Below are positions 1 through 8,597 of a stretch of DNA of 21,358 bases, one piece after another. A program made the translations under genes and the position numbers. Within the stretch, counting starts at the first letter, position 1. Each line of letters begins with the position of its first letter. The stretch covers positions 1 to 21,358 of the forward strand of contig JBHIAT010000050.1 in assembly GCA_046758705.1 (NCBI GenBank), in the 5' to 3' direction. The stretch is from Candidatus Bipolaricaulia bacterium. GTDB taxonomy: Bacteria; Bipolaricaulota; Bipolaricaulia; JBHIAT01. Below the pieces are notes generated by a model. It did not search any database. It saw nothing but the letters and a program-made list of their open reading frames with translations, and was not told the origin of the DNA.

Positions 1-25
1 TCAATATGGAAAGACGGTCATCGGG

Positions 26-93
26 GAGAGTGAGCAAGTTGTGGATCAGATCAGGTATAGTAGAGGGTGAGCAAGTTGTGGACCAGATCAGGT
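26..93. repeat. Two-copy 31-bp direct repeat (26-56 and 63-93, period 37)
   Basis: GAGAGTGAGCAAGTTGTGGATCAGATCAGGT vs GAGGGTGAGCAAGTTGTGGACCAGATCAGGT, 2 mismatches. Confidence 0.9.
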
Positions 94-98
94 TTTAT

Positions 99-136
99 AA
101 CTTTTCAACTTGTGAACTTTTCAACTTTTAACTGTT
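99..136. repeat. Short tandem repeat, ~8-nt period (AACTTTTC-like x5)
   Basis: AACTTTTC AACTTGTG AACTTTTC AACTTTT AACTGTT, directly 3' of the kinase stop codon on the minus strand. Confidence 0.75.
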
Positions 137-3100
137 TATGCCAGGCCGTGGCGCACCGCCCACACCGCTGTCTGGACCCGATCGGAGACGTGGAGTTTCA
201 TGATGATGTGCTCGACGTGGGTTTTGGCGGTGCTGACGCTGATATCGAGCACCTTGGCGATCTCGCTGTTGCTCATCCCTTCCACGACGAGCCTCAGCAC
301 CTCCCGTTCTCGGTCGGTCAATAGATCCTGGGTCAACTCGGTGCCGACTGGAGTAGTCTTAGAGCTCTCTTGGGTCAGCTCTTCGACAAGCTCTTTGAGC
401 ATCGAACGGTTGATAAGGGACTCCCCATCATGGACCCGGCGAATGGCATCAACAAGCTCCTCGCAGGGGACTTCTTTGAGTAGATACCCGGCCGCGCCGG
501 AGGCGACCGCCTGTAACAAGTAACTGGGATTGTCATAGGTCGTGAGCATGATTACGGCGATCTCCGGGTTCTCTGCCTTGATCTCTTTCAGCGCATCCAA
601 GCCGTCCATCTCCGGCATGCGAACATCCATCAGGATGATATCCGGTGCCAGTCGATTCGCTTTGACAACTGTCTGTTTCCCATTGGCCGCTTCCCCGATG
701 ATACGAATCCCTTCCACATCAAGCATGAGTCGAAGACCATCTCGTACTATGGGATGGTCATCAGCGATCAGGACAGTGATCTCACGGTTCGGTCGGCTAT
801 CCTGGTCTGCCGTAATCCTTCTTCTCCTCAAGGGGATCTCGGCCCGGACGGTCGTCCCCTGATCGAGAGCACTTTCGACTGTAAACCGGCCGCCCACCAA
901 TTTGGCCCGCTCCTGCATCGCGATCAACCCTAGCGGCTTGTCCTCCTCCCTGTCAGCTTGGTGGAGCTCTTTTGGATCGAATCCAGTTCCCCAGTCCTGC
1001 ACCTCGACGTTCAGGTGAGCTGATCGTCGCTCGATCGCCACCCGTACCCGGTCCGTCTCAGCATGCTTTTTGGCGTTGATCAGGGCTTCCTGTATAATCC
1101 GGTAGACGACCACCTCCACTGTCGGATCGAGCCGCACCTTCTCCAAATTCTCCTCGAACACCACCTCCCAGCCAGTTTCCTGTTGGAGTTCCCGCAGGTG
1201 GTCTTGGATCGCAGGGATCAGCCCGAGATGATCCAGCGTCGACGGCCGAAGCGCTGCGATGATTCGCCGTGCCTCAGTGATAGACTGATTCAGCTGGTTG
1301 AGTCCCTTCTCCAGCACTGTTTGTATCTCCTCTGTGGTGCGGGCACGTGATCTTAGCTTTTTGAGACCAGTTTTGAGGTACATGTTGGCGCTGATGATGT
1401 GCTGAATGAGCTCATCATGGATGTCGTAGGCAACCAGCCGTCGTTCCTCCTCCTGGACTTGGATCAATCGATTGACGAACGAGCGGAGTTGCTTCTCCTT
1501 CATCCTCAGGTCATCATAGAGCTGGATGTTCTCGATGGCCATGCCGATCTGATGTCCGATGGCCATCAACAGCTGAACCTCCTCTTCCGTAAACAGACGG
1601 GTGGTACGAGTGCCCAGCAGTAACGCGCCTGTGACCCGTTGTTTCGATTTCAAAGGTATAACCACCTCTGATTGCAGCCCCGCTTTCTTGATGATCTCTC
1701 GGTGGGCAACTCGGGGATCCTCAGCGAGGTTCTGGATCACGATCGGCTCCCCTGACTGGGCGACCCTCCCGGGTATCCCTTCACCCAATTTCAGTTTCAC
1801 GATGGTAAGCATCTCGACCAATTCAGACGGTATTCCCTGGTAAACAGCAGGGACAAGCTCCTGGTTGCTCTCATCTATCAGGAATATCTCACCGCACTCC
1901 ACCTCCATCAATTCTATCGCCGCACCCAGAGCTTGATCGAGAATGGCATCCAGATTCAGGGAACCACTCGCCATGCTCGCGATCTCGTACAAGGCGGACA
2001 GTTCCAGGGTGCGTTGTTGGAGCTTCTGTAGGGATCTTTTCCGCTCTTTAGACAACCGAGCGTTCTTGATGGCCAGGGTGATCTCATCCCGGACCTCCTC
2101 GATCAAATTCAGATCCTCCTCGTCGAACGCATTCTCCACAGCAAGGCTGTGGATGATAAAGCACCCCACTATCTTCCCGTCGATGTGCACTGGAACGATG
2201 ATCAATGATTTCGGATATTCCAACTCTTTGAACTGTTCCATTATCTCAGGATCATAATGCCGCTTGTGTAACGCTTTGAACTCCTCACCCTCGATAATCG
2301 TCGACTTGTTGATCGATTTCAGGATGAGGATCGAACGATCGGTGGGAATCTCGATCCGCTTCAACAACTCCAGGTCCCAGCCGCAGGTCGCCTGGAACTC
2401 GAGGATGCCTTCAGCTTCGTTTAGCATCAGGACCGAGCCGCTATCGGCATTGGGGACTATGTCGATCGCTTGTTCCAAGATAACGTTCATCAACTCCCCT
2501 AAGTTGGAGGTCTCATTCATCACCCTCATGAACCGGTTGGTTCTCCTGATTTGCCTCACCTGTTGCTCTAATTCTTCAGCCGTGAGCTTGACCTTCTCAT
2601 ATAGTCTCGCGTTCTCGATGGCCACGCCAATCTGATGCCCGATGGCCATCAACAACTGAACCTCCTTTTCAGCAAACAGACGAAATGTACGATCGCCTAA
2701 GAATAACACACCAATGAAGCGATCTTTCGATTTTAACGGTATGATCACCCCGGATTGCAGTCCCTCTTTCTTGAAGAGCTCTCGGTGGACAAGTCGGGGA
2801 TCTTCAGTGAGATTCTGGATCACGAGCGGTTTCCCGGACTGGGCGACTCTGCCAGCCCCCCCTTCATCCAATTTGAATCTCTCCTTTGCAAATGCTTTGA
2901 TCGATTCAGGAGATAACCCCTGGTAAGTGGTAAGGACGAGCTCCTGGTTACTCTCATCCATCAGGCGTATCACACCGGCCTTCGTCTTTGTCAATTCCAT
3001 CGCCCTGCTCAGAGCTTCATCGAGAATGACATTCAGATCGAGGGAACCACTTACCGTGCTCGTGATGGCATACAGGGTGGACAGCTCCAGGTTGCGTTGT

Positions 3101-3717
3101 TGGAGCTCCCACAGGGAGTTCTCCCGCTCTTCAAACAGCCGGGCGTTCTTGATGGCCAGGGTGATCTCATCCCGGATCGCCTCGATCGTCCTCAGGTCTT
3201 CCTTGTCGAAGGCGTTCTCCACAGTCTTGCTGTTGAGGGCAAAGTACCCTATCACCTTCCCGTCGATGTACACTGGGATAAAGATCGACGATTTCGGATG
3301 TCCCACCTCTTTGAGCTTCTCCACTATCTCAGGATCATAATACCGCTTGTTCAACGCTTCGATCTCCTCGCACCCGACGATCGTCGGCTCGTTGATCGAT
3401 TCCTGGATGAGGATCGTGCGATCGGCGGGGAGTTTGATCCGCTTTAACAACTCCAGGTCCCAGCCGCGGGCCGCCTGGAACTCGAAGACGTTCTCTCGTT
3501 CGTTCAACATCAGGAACGAGCCGCTGTCGGCGGTGGGAATCATGTTGATCGCTTGCTCCAAGATAACGTTCATCAACTCCTCTAAATCGGAGGTCTCATT
3601 CATCACCCTCATGAACCGATTGACACTCCTGATCCGATTCTCGGCCTGCTTGCGCTGGGTTTCTGCTATTTCTAATTCATTGATAAGTTTCCCTTTTGCC
3701 TTATCTTTATCTTTCAT
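136..3717 (-). CDS. Cytoplasmic multi-GAF histidine kinase fused to a NarL/LuxR-type response regulator (GAF x4, HisKA_3, HATPase_c, REC, LuxR HTH)
   Basis: 1193-aa ORF. GAF-end motifs (AIGHQIGVAIENARLY, EITLAIKNARL); HisKA_3 H-box QEEERRLVAYDIHDELIQ; N-box EALINAKKHA; G-boxes QDWGTGF and LGLIAMQER; receiver LIADDHPIVR / ILMDVRMPEMDG / GYLLK; LuxR HTH LTDREREVLRLVVEGMSNSEIAKVLDISVSTAKTHV. No obvious transmembrane segment. Confidence 0.93.
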   Translation of the reverse strand: MKDKDKAKGKLINELEIAETQRKQAENRIRSVNRFMRVMNETSDLEELMNVILEQAINMIPTADSGSFLMLNERENVFEFQAARGWDLELLKRIKLPADRTILIQESINEPTIVGCEEIEALNKRYYDPEIVEKLKEVGHPKSSIFIPVYIDGKVIGYFALNSKTVENAFDKEDLRTIEAIRDEITLAIKNARLFEERENSLWELQQRNLELSTLYAITSTVSGSLDLNVILDEALSRAMELTKTKAGVIRLMDESNQELVLTTYQGLSPESIKAFAKERFKLDEGGAGRVAQSGKPLVIQNLTEDPRLVHRELFKKEGLQSGVIIPLKSKDRFIGVLFLGDRTFRLFAEKEVQLLMAIGHQIGVAIENARLYEKVKLTAEELEQQVRQIRRTNRFMRVMNETSNLGELMNVILEQAIDIVPNADSGSVLMLNEAEGILEFQATCGWDLELLKRIEIPTDRSILILKSINKSTIIEGEEFKALHKRHYDPEIMEQFKELEYPKSLIIVPVHIDGKIVGCFIIHSLAVENAFDEEDLNLIEEVRDEITLAIKNARLSKERKRSLQKLQQRTLELSALYEIASMASGSLNLDAILDQALGAAIELMEVECGEIFLIDESNQELVPAVYQGIPSELVEMLTIVKLKLGEGIPGRVAQSGEPIVIQNLAEDPRVAHREIIKKAGLQSEVVIPLKSKQRVTGALLLGTRTTRLFTEEEVQLLMAIGHQIGMAIENIQLYDDLRMKEKQLRSFVNRLIQVQEEERRLVAYDIHDELIQHIISANMYLKTGLKKLRSRARTTEEIQTVLEKGLNQLNQSITEARRIIAALRPSTLDHLGLIPAIQDHLRELQQETGWEVVFEENLEKVRLDPTVEVVVYRIIQEALINAKKHAETDRVRVAIERRSAHLNVEVQDWGTGFDPKELHQADREEDKPLGLIAMQERAKLVGGRFTVESALDQGTTVRAEIPLRRRRITADQDSRPNREITVLIADDHPIVRDGLRLMLDVEGIRIIGEAANGKQTVVKANRLAPDIILMDVRMPEMDGLDALKEIKAENPEIAVIMLTTYDNPSYLLQAVASGAAGYLLKEVPCEELVDAIRRVHDGESLINRSMLKELVEELTQESSKTTPVGTELTQDLLTDREREVLRLVVEGMSNSEIAKVLDISVSTAKTHVEHIIMKLHVSDRVQTAVWAVRHGLA
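1520..3620 (-). repeat. Intragenic tandem duplication of a GAF-GAF unit, offset 1083 bp (361 codons)
   Basis: Three anchors give the same offset: CACCCTCATGAACCG at 2521 and 3604, GATGGCCAGGGTGATCTCATCCCGGA at 2068 and 3151, GATGGCCATCAACA at 1558 and 2641. Boundaries approximate. Confidence 0.9.
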
Positions 3718-4115
3718 ACTGATCTTCCCTTTGGCCGACTGAGGAGTGAGCGTGATAGGCAGATTGCAATGTTTGCCACAGCTGTCGATCCTTTATACTC
3801 CAACCCGATCCAATCGTGCAACTCCTTGGGAAAACCCGGTTCCACCGATCACTTTTTAGGGAACGCTTCAGATCTCAATCAGTCCCTAATCCCAATGCGG
3901 TTGTAGTTTCAGGAGCATACTGGGGAGGTTAACTGCAAGCTCACCATCTTAATACTAGGATATAGAGAGATTGAAGCGTTGTAATGCTTCTCACAGACAG
4001 ATTATCGAAATGGCCATATAATGAATTGACTTTGATCTATCAGATTCGTGATAAATATCAAGGAACTTGATCGGAATTCTCTGCTACTTCCCGAATAGGG
4101 ATGGGCTTGAGAGCT

Positions 4116-4144
4116 TGGACTTTGATCGGGATTTGTGCTAACCT
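4116..4144 (+). promoter_or_regulatory. Candidate sigma70-type promoter for the proteasome operon
   Basis: TGGACT (4116-4121), 17-nt spacer, TAACCT (4139-4144) with extended -10 TG at 4136-4137; AAGGAGG RBS lies before the ATG at 4189. Confidence 0.45.
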
Positions 4145-4188
4145 TCTATACCAGTAACTCATGATTCAGAGTTCAAGGAGGGACCGAG

Positions 4189-5958
4189 ATGGCGGACCGT
4201 AAGCGCCAGAAGCCGCACGATGAGCCCCGACGCCGGCCGGGAGGAGAACCGGAGCGGGAGAACGAACCGGGGGCTTCGAAGGATCCTGATCCCGACCAGG
4301 AGGCGAGGGAGACCCAGATTCGTGCCCTGGCTATCCTGGATGAGATCCTGATGCAAACTCCAGCGGATGATCCCCAGCTCGGGCTGTTGGAGCTGCTACG
4401 CCATCAGCTCGAGGTCGACGAGCTCCAGCTCCAGGAGGCCCAGGATCTGATCGCCGAGTTCGAGGAGATCTACGAGAAGCTTACCTCCCCCGCCAACCGT
4501 ATCGGCACCTACCTGGACTCCCCGGACGAAGAGATCGCTTACATCGCTCTCGGCGACAGCGAGTATTACGTCAACGTCGATCCTAATATCGATCTCGAGT
4601 CGTTAAAGGTCGGGACCCGGGTGAGGTTAAACGAGGCGTTCGTGATCATTGGGGACCTGGGTTACCATCCTCAGGGCCCGATCGTGAAGGTTGCGGAGGT
4701 GTTAGATGATGGGCGACTGCGGATCTCGACGGAGGGGCCTGCGCAGTCGGGGCGTCTGGTGATGCGTTCCTCGGCTTTGGAAAGGGAGACGTTGAAACCC
4801 GGCGATGAGGTCCGAATGGAGCCCTCGCTGAAGGTGGCGATCGAGTCGTTCCAGAGACGGGAGGCCCGCGACTACTATCTAGAGAAGATCCCGGAGATCC
4901 CGTGGAGCCGGATCGGCGGACAAAAGGAAGCGATTCAGCTCATCCGCGATACGATCGAGCGTCCGCTCCTCTATCCGGAGTTGTATGAGCGCTTCGGCAA
5001 GCGGACGTTGAAGGGCATCCTGCTCTACGGTCCGCCGGGCTGCGGCAAGACGTTGATCGCCAAGGCGACCGCGTACAACCTCACCCAGGCCTACAGCGAG
5101 CGGATCGGCAAGGACGTGCGCGAGTACTTCATGTTCATCAACGGTCCACAGCTGCTCAACATGTGGCTGGGCGAGACCGAGCGCATGGTCCGGGAGATTT
5201 TCTCTGCCGCACGCGAGCGGGCGGCGGAGGGATACCTCGTATTCGTCTTTATCGATGAAGCCGATTCGCTGTTGCGCGCGCGCAGTTCGGGCCGCTACCT
5301 CAACATTGCCAACACCGTCGTACCTCAATTTTCCGGTGAGATGGACGGGTTGGTGGGTCTGGAGAATGTGGTGGTGATGCTCACCTCGAACCGTCCCGAC
5401 TACATCGATCCTGCGGTCCTGCGCCCGGAGCGTATCAGCCGCAAAGTCAAGATCGGCCGTCCCGACCATGACTCATCGGCCGAGATCTTTTCCATCTATC
5501 TCCATGAGGACGTGCCGCTCGATCCGGCCTGGGTGGAACGATGCGGCGGTGATTCCGAGCGAGCGCGCCGCGAGCTGATCGAGCGCGCGACCGACTATCT
5601 GTTCCGTCGCACCCGGGAGACCGCTTTCCTCAAGGTGAGTCTGCGCAGCGGTCGCCGGGAGACTCTCTACTGGAGAGATCTGGTCAGCGGTGCGTTGATC
5701 GAATCGGCGGTCGAACGAGCCAAAGAGTACGCGATCCGACGATGGATCGATGAGCAATCCGAGGGAGGCGTCAACTGGGAGAATCTAAACGAGGCGATCC
5801 AACGCGAGTACCAGGAGAACGAGATCTTCCCTAAGGCCGACATGGTTGAGGACTGGTTGAAGCTGCTCGATCACGAACCAGAGAACGTTGTCGAGGTACA
5901 CCCTGCCCAAGAGCGGGACGGGAAGGAACGTCGCCGGGACGTCGATTCGGTCGTCTGA
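4189..5958 (+). CDS. arc: Proteasome-associated AAA+ ATPase (ARC/Mpa family)
   Basis: N-terminal coiled coil followed by OB-like interdomains (KVGTRVRLNE, LKPGDEV); Walker A GPPGCGKT; pore loop LNMWLGETER; Walker B VFIDEAD; NTVVPQFSGEMDG; TSNRPDYIDPAVLRP; first gene of a dop/prc/pafA operon. Confidence 0.95.
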   Translation: MADRKRQKPHDEPRRRPGGEPERENEPGASKDPDPDQEARETQIRALAILDEILMQTPADDPQLGLLELLRHQLEVDELQLQEAQDLIAEFEEIYEKLTSPANRIGTYLDSPDEEIAYIALGDSEYYVNVDPNIDLESLKVGTRVRLNEAFVIIGDLGYHPQGPIVKVAEVLDDGRLRISTEGPAQSGRLVMRSSALERETLKPGDEVRMEPSLKVAIESFQRREARDYYLEKIPEIPWSRIGGQKEAIQLIRDTIERPLLYPELYERFGKRTLKGILLYGPPGCGKTLIAKATAYNLTQAYSERIGKDVREYFMFINGPQLLNMWLGETERMVREIFSAARERAAEGYLVFVFIDEADSLLRARSSGRYLNIANTVVPQFSGEMDGLVGLENVVVMLTSNRPDYIDPAVLRPERISRKVKIGRPDHDSSAEIFSIYLHEDVPLDPAWVERCGGDSERARRELIERATDYLFRRTRETAFLKVSLRSGRRETLYWRDLVSGALIESAVERAKEYAIRRWIDEQSEGGVNWENLNEAIQREYQENEIFPKADMVEDWLKLLDHEPENVVEVHPAQERDGKERRRDVDSVV

Positions 5959-5982
5959 ACCGGCGGACGTTAAGGAGGATCG

Positions 5983-7539
5983 ATGGAGCGGCTGATGGGC
6001 ACCGAGATCGAATATGGCTTGTATATCGACGGGGTTGATTTGGTCGATCTCGTCGACGAGGCCCGGGCGGTGGTAGCCAGTTGGCCCGGGCAATTCGCTG
6101 CACCCTGGGATTACAGCCGGGAGAACCCATTGCGCGATCTGCGGGGAGGGTACGCGTCGCGGCTGGCCACCGACCCACGGGATGACCGCTACGAAAGACC
6201 GTCTTCAAGACGGCTTACACCCCATGAGAACCATGTCGACCTCGTCCTGCCCAACGGAGCCCGGTTGTACCAGGATCACGGTCATCCCGAGTACAGCACG
6301 CCCGAATGCCGCTCCCTCTTTGACCTGGTCGCTCATGAGCGAGCGGGTGAGCGGATCGTCCGGGAATGTGCTCGCCGGTACGCCCGGAGAACCCATCACC
6401 AGGTCACCCTTTATAAGAACAACACCGACTTCCACGGGATGAGCTACGGGGCGCACGAGAACTATCTGGTGCGCCGCGATGTCCCGTTCGAACAACTGTT
6501 GAGCGGTATACTGCCGTTTTTGGTGACCCGGCAGATCTTCGCCGGGGCCGGCAAGGTAGGGGTTGAGGGAGAGAAAAACGAGGCCGGAACGATCCCGTAC
6601 CAGCTGTCGCAACGGGCGGACTTCTTCACCGAGCTTGCCGGTGTCGACACGCTCTACAAACGCCCGTTGATCAACACCCGCGATGAGCCTCATGCCGATC
6701 CCGCCCGTTTCCGGCGGTTTCACGTAATTGCTGGAGACGCCAACATGAGTGAGTATGCGCTCGCCCTGAAGCTGGGCACGACGGCCCTGGTCCTGTCTCT
6801 GATCGAGTCGGGTTGGGGTCCGAATCTGGAGTTGAAAGCGCCAGTTCAAGCAGTCCGCCATATCTCGCGGGATCCGACGTGGCGCTGGGAGGTCGAGCTG
6901 ACGGGTGGGCGGACGATGCCCGCGGTGGAGATTCAGCGTGTTTACCTGGAGGCGGCTCAGGAGCGCTATGCGGGTCAGGACGGGGAGGATGAGGAGGCGG
7001 ACTGGGTGTTGCGGGAATGGGAGGCGGTTCTGGACGGCCTCGAGACCGATCCTGAACGGCTTGCTGATCGTCTCGACTGGGTCGCGAAGCAGGGATTGCT
7101 GGCGTCGTTCATCGAGGCCGAGGGCCTGGACTGGAGCGATGAACGGTTGCTCAGCCTCGATCTCGCCTACCATGATCTCGAACCGGAGCGCGGACTCTAC
7201 AGTGCTCTTGAGGCAGACGGAGCGGTGCGACGGGTCACGACCGATGAGCAGATCCGGAAAGCGATTGAGTGTCCGCCGGCCGATACCCGGGCGTACCTGC
7301 GCGGCCTGTGTGTCAGCCAACTGGGGACATCCCTACGATCGTTGACCTGGAGTCGGATCGTCCTGGATAATCACGATACCGAGGTGGTGTTGGATTTAAG
7401 CGATTGGGTAGACGACAGGGTGGCGACGCGTAACCGGGCGTTCGCCGATGCGGAGGCGGAAGTCACCCCCGTCGGGATCAAACAGGCGATCGAGCAGCCT
7501 ATAGATGGTGATTCAAACTCTGAGGATGAGGAGGTGTAA
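5983..7539 (+). CDS. dop: Dop-family deamidase/depupylase
   Basis: RLMGTEIEYG, NGARLYQDHGHPEYSTPEC (Dop-type DHxHPEYS), YKNNTDFHGMSYGAHENY, LSQRADF, RPLINTRDEPHAD, RFHVIAGDANMSE, LDWVAK, DLAYHD, PPADTRAY; RBS AAGGAGG; directly upstream of the tag gene. Confidence 0.93.
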   Translation: MERLMGTEIEYGLYIDGVDLVDLVDEARAVVASWPGQFAAPWDYSRENPLRDLRGGYASRLATDPRDDRYERPSSRRLTPHENHVDLVLPNGARLYQDHGHPEYSTPECRSLFDLVAHERAGERIVRECARRYARRTHHQVTLYKNNTDFHGMSYGAHENYLVRRDVPFEQLLSGILPFLVTRQIFAGAGKVGVEGEKNEAGTIPYQLSQRADFFTELAGVDTLYKRPLINTRDEPHADPARFRRFHVIAGDANMSEYALALKLGTTALVLSLIESGWGPNLELKAPVQAVRHISRDPTWRWEVELTGGRTMPAVEIQRVYLEAAQERYAGQDGEDEEADWVLREWEAVLDGLETDPERLADRLDWVAKQGLLASFIEAEGLDWSDERLLSLDLAYHDLEPERGLYSALEADGAVRRVTTDEQIRKAIECPPADTRAYLRGLCVSQLGTSLRSLTWSRIVLDNHDTEVVLDLSDWVDDRVATRNRAFADAEAEVTPVGIKQAIEQPIDGDSNSEDEEV

Positions 7540-7542
7540 CCG

Positions 7543-7722
7543 ATGCCCGAACGTGTGAAGCGAAGAACGGTCGAGGAGCCTTGGACGAAGCCCAAGCAGG
7601 GCGACGATGACGGACCGCAGACCCCCGATATCGATCGGCCCGACAGCCGTCGATTGCTCGAGCGGATGAAGCGGGTCGATCCACGTCAGGCGCAGCGCTA
7701 TCGCCAGCGTAGCGGGGAGTAA
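7543..7722 (+). CDS. ubact: Ubiquitin-like protein modifier, UBact type (59 aa; absent from the ORF track)
   Basis: Manual translation: MPERVKRRTVEEPWTKPKQGDDDGPQTPDIDRPDSRRLLERMKRVDPRQAQRYRQRSGE*. RBS GAGGAGGTG at 7528-7536; sits between dop and prcB like pup; low-complexity charged N-terminus; C-terminal R-S-G-E matches the UBact R[ST]G[EQ] signature. Confidence 0.92.
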   Translation: MPERVKRRTVEEPWTKPKQGDDDGPQTPDIDRPDSRRLLERMKRVDPRQAQRYRQRSGE

Positions 7723-7760
7723 TCGGAGCCGAGAGGCGAAGGGCAGAGTGAGGTGAGACC

Positions 7761-8588
7761 ATGGGATCGAGGTTCAGATTGGATGGTGGCGCTGTTAGTG
7801 AGTCTGAGTTCGAGACGACCGGCGACTTCCTCGGGTTACTGCGTCGTAGTGGCATCCCGTTTCCCGAGGTGGGGAACGAAGGGGTCGAAAGCGGTGGGGG
7901 TCCTGCTCAGGGGCTCGGCGCTGCACATGGCACGACCGTGATCGCCGTCAAGTTCCGGGACGGCGTCCTGAACGTGGCCGACCGGCGGGCGACCTCGAGC
8001 AACTACATCCTGTACGATGAGGCGGAGAAGATCCTGTCCCTGGATGATCAGATGCTGATTGCCATCGCCGGCTCCTATGCTCAGGCGATCGAGGCGGTTC
8101 GATTCTTGAGACACAACTTCAAATATTATGCCCGCAGTCAGCTCCAGGAGATGAGCCTGGAAGGCAAGCTCGGCGAGGTCTCCCGGGTACTGGGGCGCAG
8201 CCTGCCCGGCGCACTGCAAGGGATCGGTGGCTTCCTGCCGGTGGTGAGCGCCCATGACCGACAGAACGGAGGCGGCCGAATCTTCTTCTACGATATGCTC
8301 GGCGCCCGGTTTGAGAGCCGGGAGTTCGGTGCAGCGGGGTCCGGAGCGGAGCGGATTCGGGGTGTGTTTGACTATATCGTCCGATCCAAAGGCCCGTTCC
8401 ATACGCTGTCGCTCGATGAGGTGTTGCGGGAGACGCTGTTGCTGTTGGACATCGCCGCCGGCCTGGATGCGGCGACCGCCGGTCTCGGGGGCGTACCGCC
8501 TCTGGCGAAGACGGTCACCGCCGACGGAATCGCCGATATCCCTGAGGATCATATTCGCGCCCTCCAGAAAGAATTGGTGCAGCGGTAA
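7761..8588 (+). CDS. prcB: 20S proteasome beta subunit with 57-aa propeptide
   Basis: AHG|TTVIAV autocleavage site (Thr1 codon at 7932); Asp17 (ADRRAT) and Lys33 (AEKI) in canonical register; AGSG motif; RBS GAGGTG at 7750-7755. Confidence 0.95.
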   Translation: MGSRFRLDGGAVSESEFETTGDFLGLLRRSGIPFPEVGNEGVESGGGPAQGLGAAHGTTVIAVKFRDGVLNVADRRATSSNYILYDEAEKILSLDDQMLIAIAGSYAQAIEAVRFLRHNFKYYARSQLQEMSLEGKLGEVSRVLGRSLPGALQGIGGFLPVVSAHDRQNGGGRIFFYDMLGARFESREFGAAGSGAERIRGVFDYIVRSKGPFHTLSLDEVLRETLLLLDIAAGLDAATAGLGGVPPLAKTVTADGIADIPEDHIRALQKELVQR

Positions 8589-8597
8589 GGATATAAG

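Noticed and set aside
26-93. Possible CRISPR array
   Set aside because: Only two repeats with a 6-nt gap, far too short for a spacer, and no cas genes in the window.
4062-4090. ECF/sigmaE promoter from GGAACTT at 4062
   Set aside because: No convincing -10 element at the expected 16-17 nt spacing.
7543-7722. Calling the tag canonical Pup
   Set aside because: It lacks the GG[QE] end and the acidic LLDEID-type core; the RSGE end fits UBact.
7371-7855. Minus-strand ORFs 7371-7595 and 7499-7855 across the dop-prcB gap
   Set aside because: Antisense shadows of dop, ubact and prcB with no recognisable motif.
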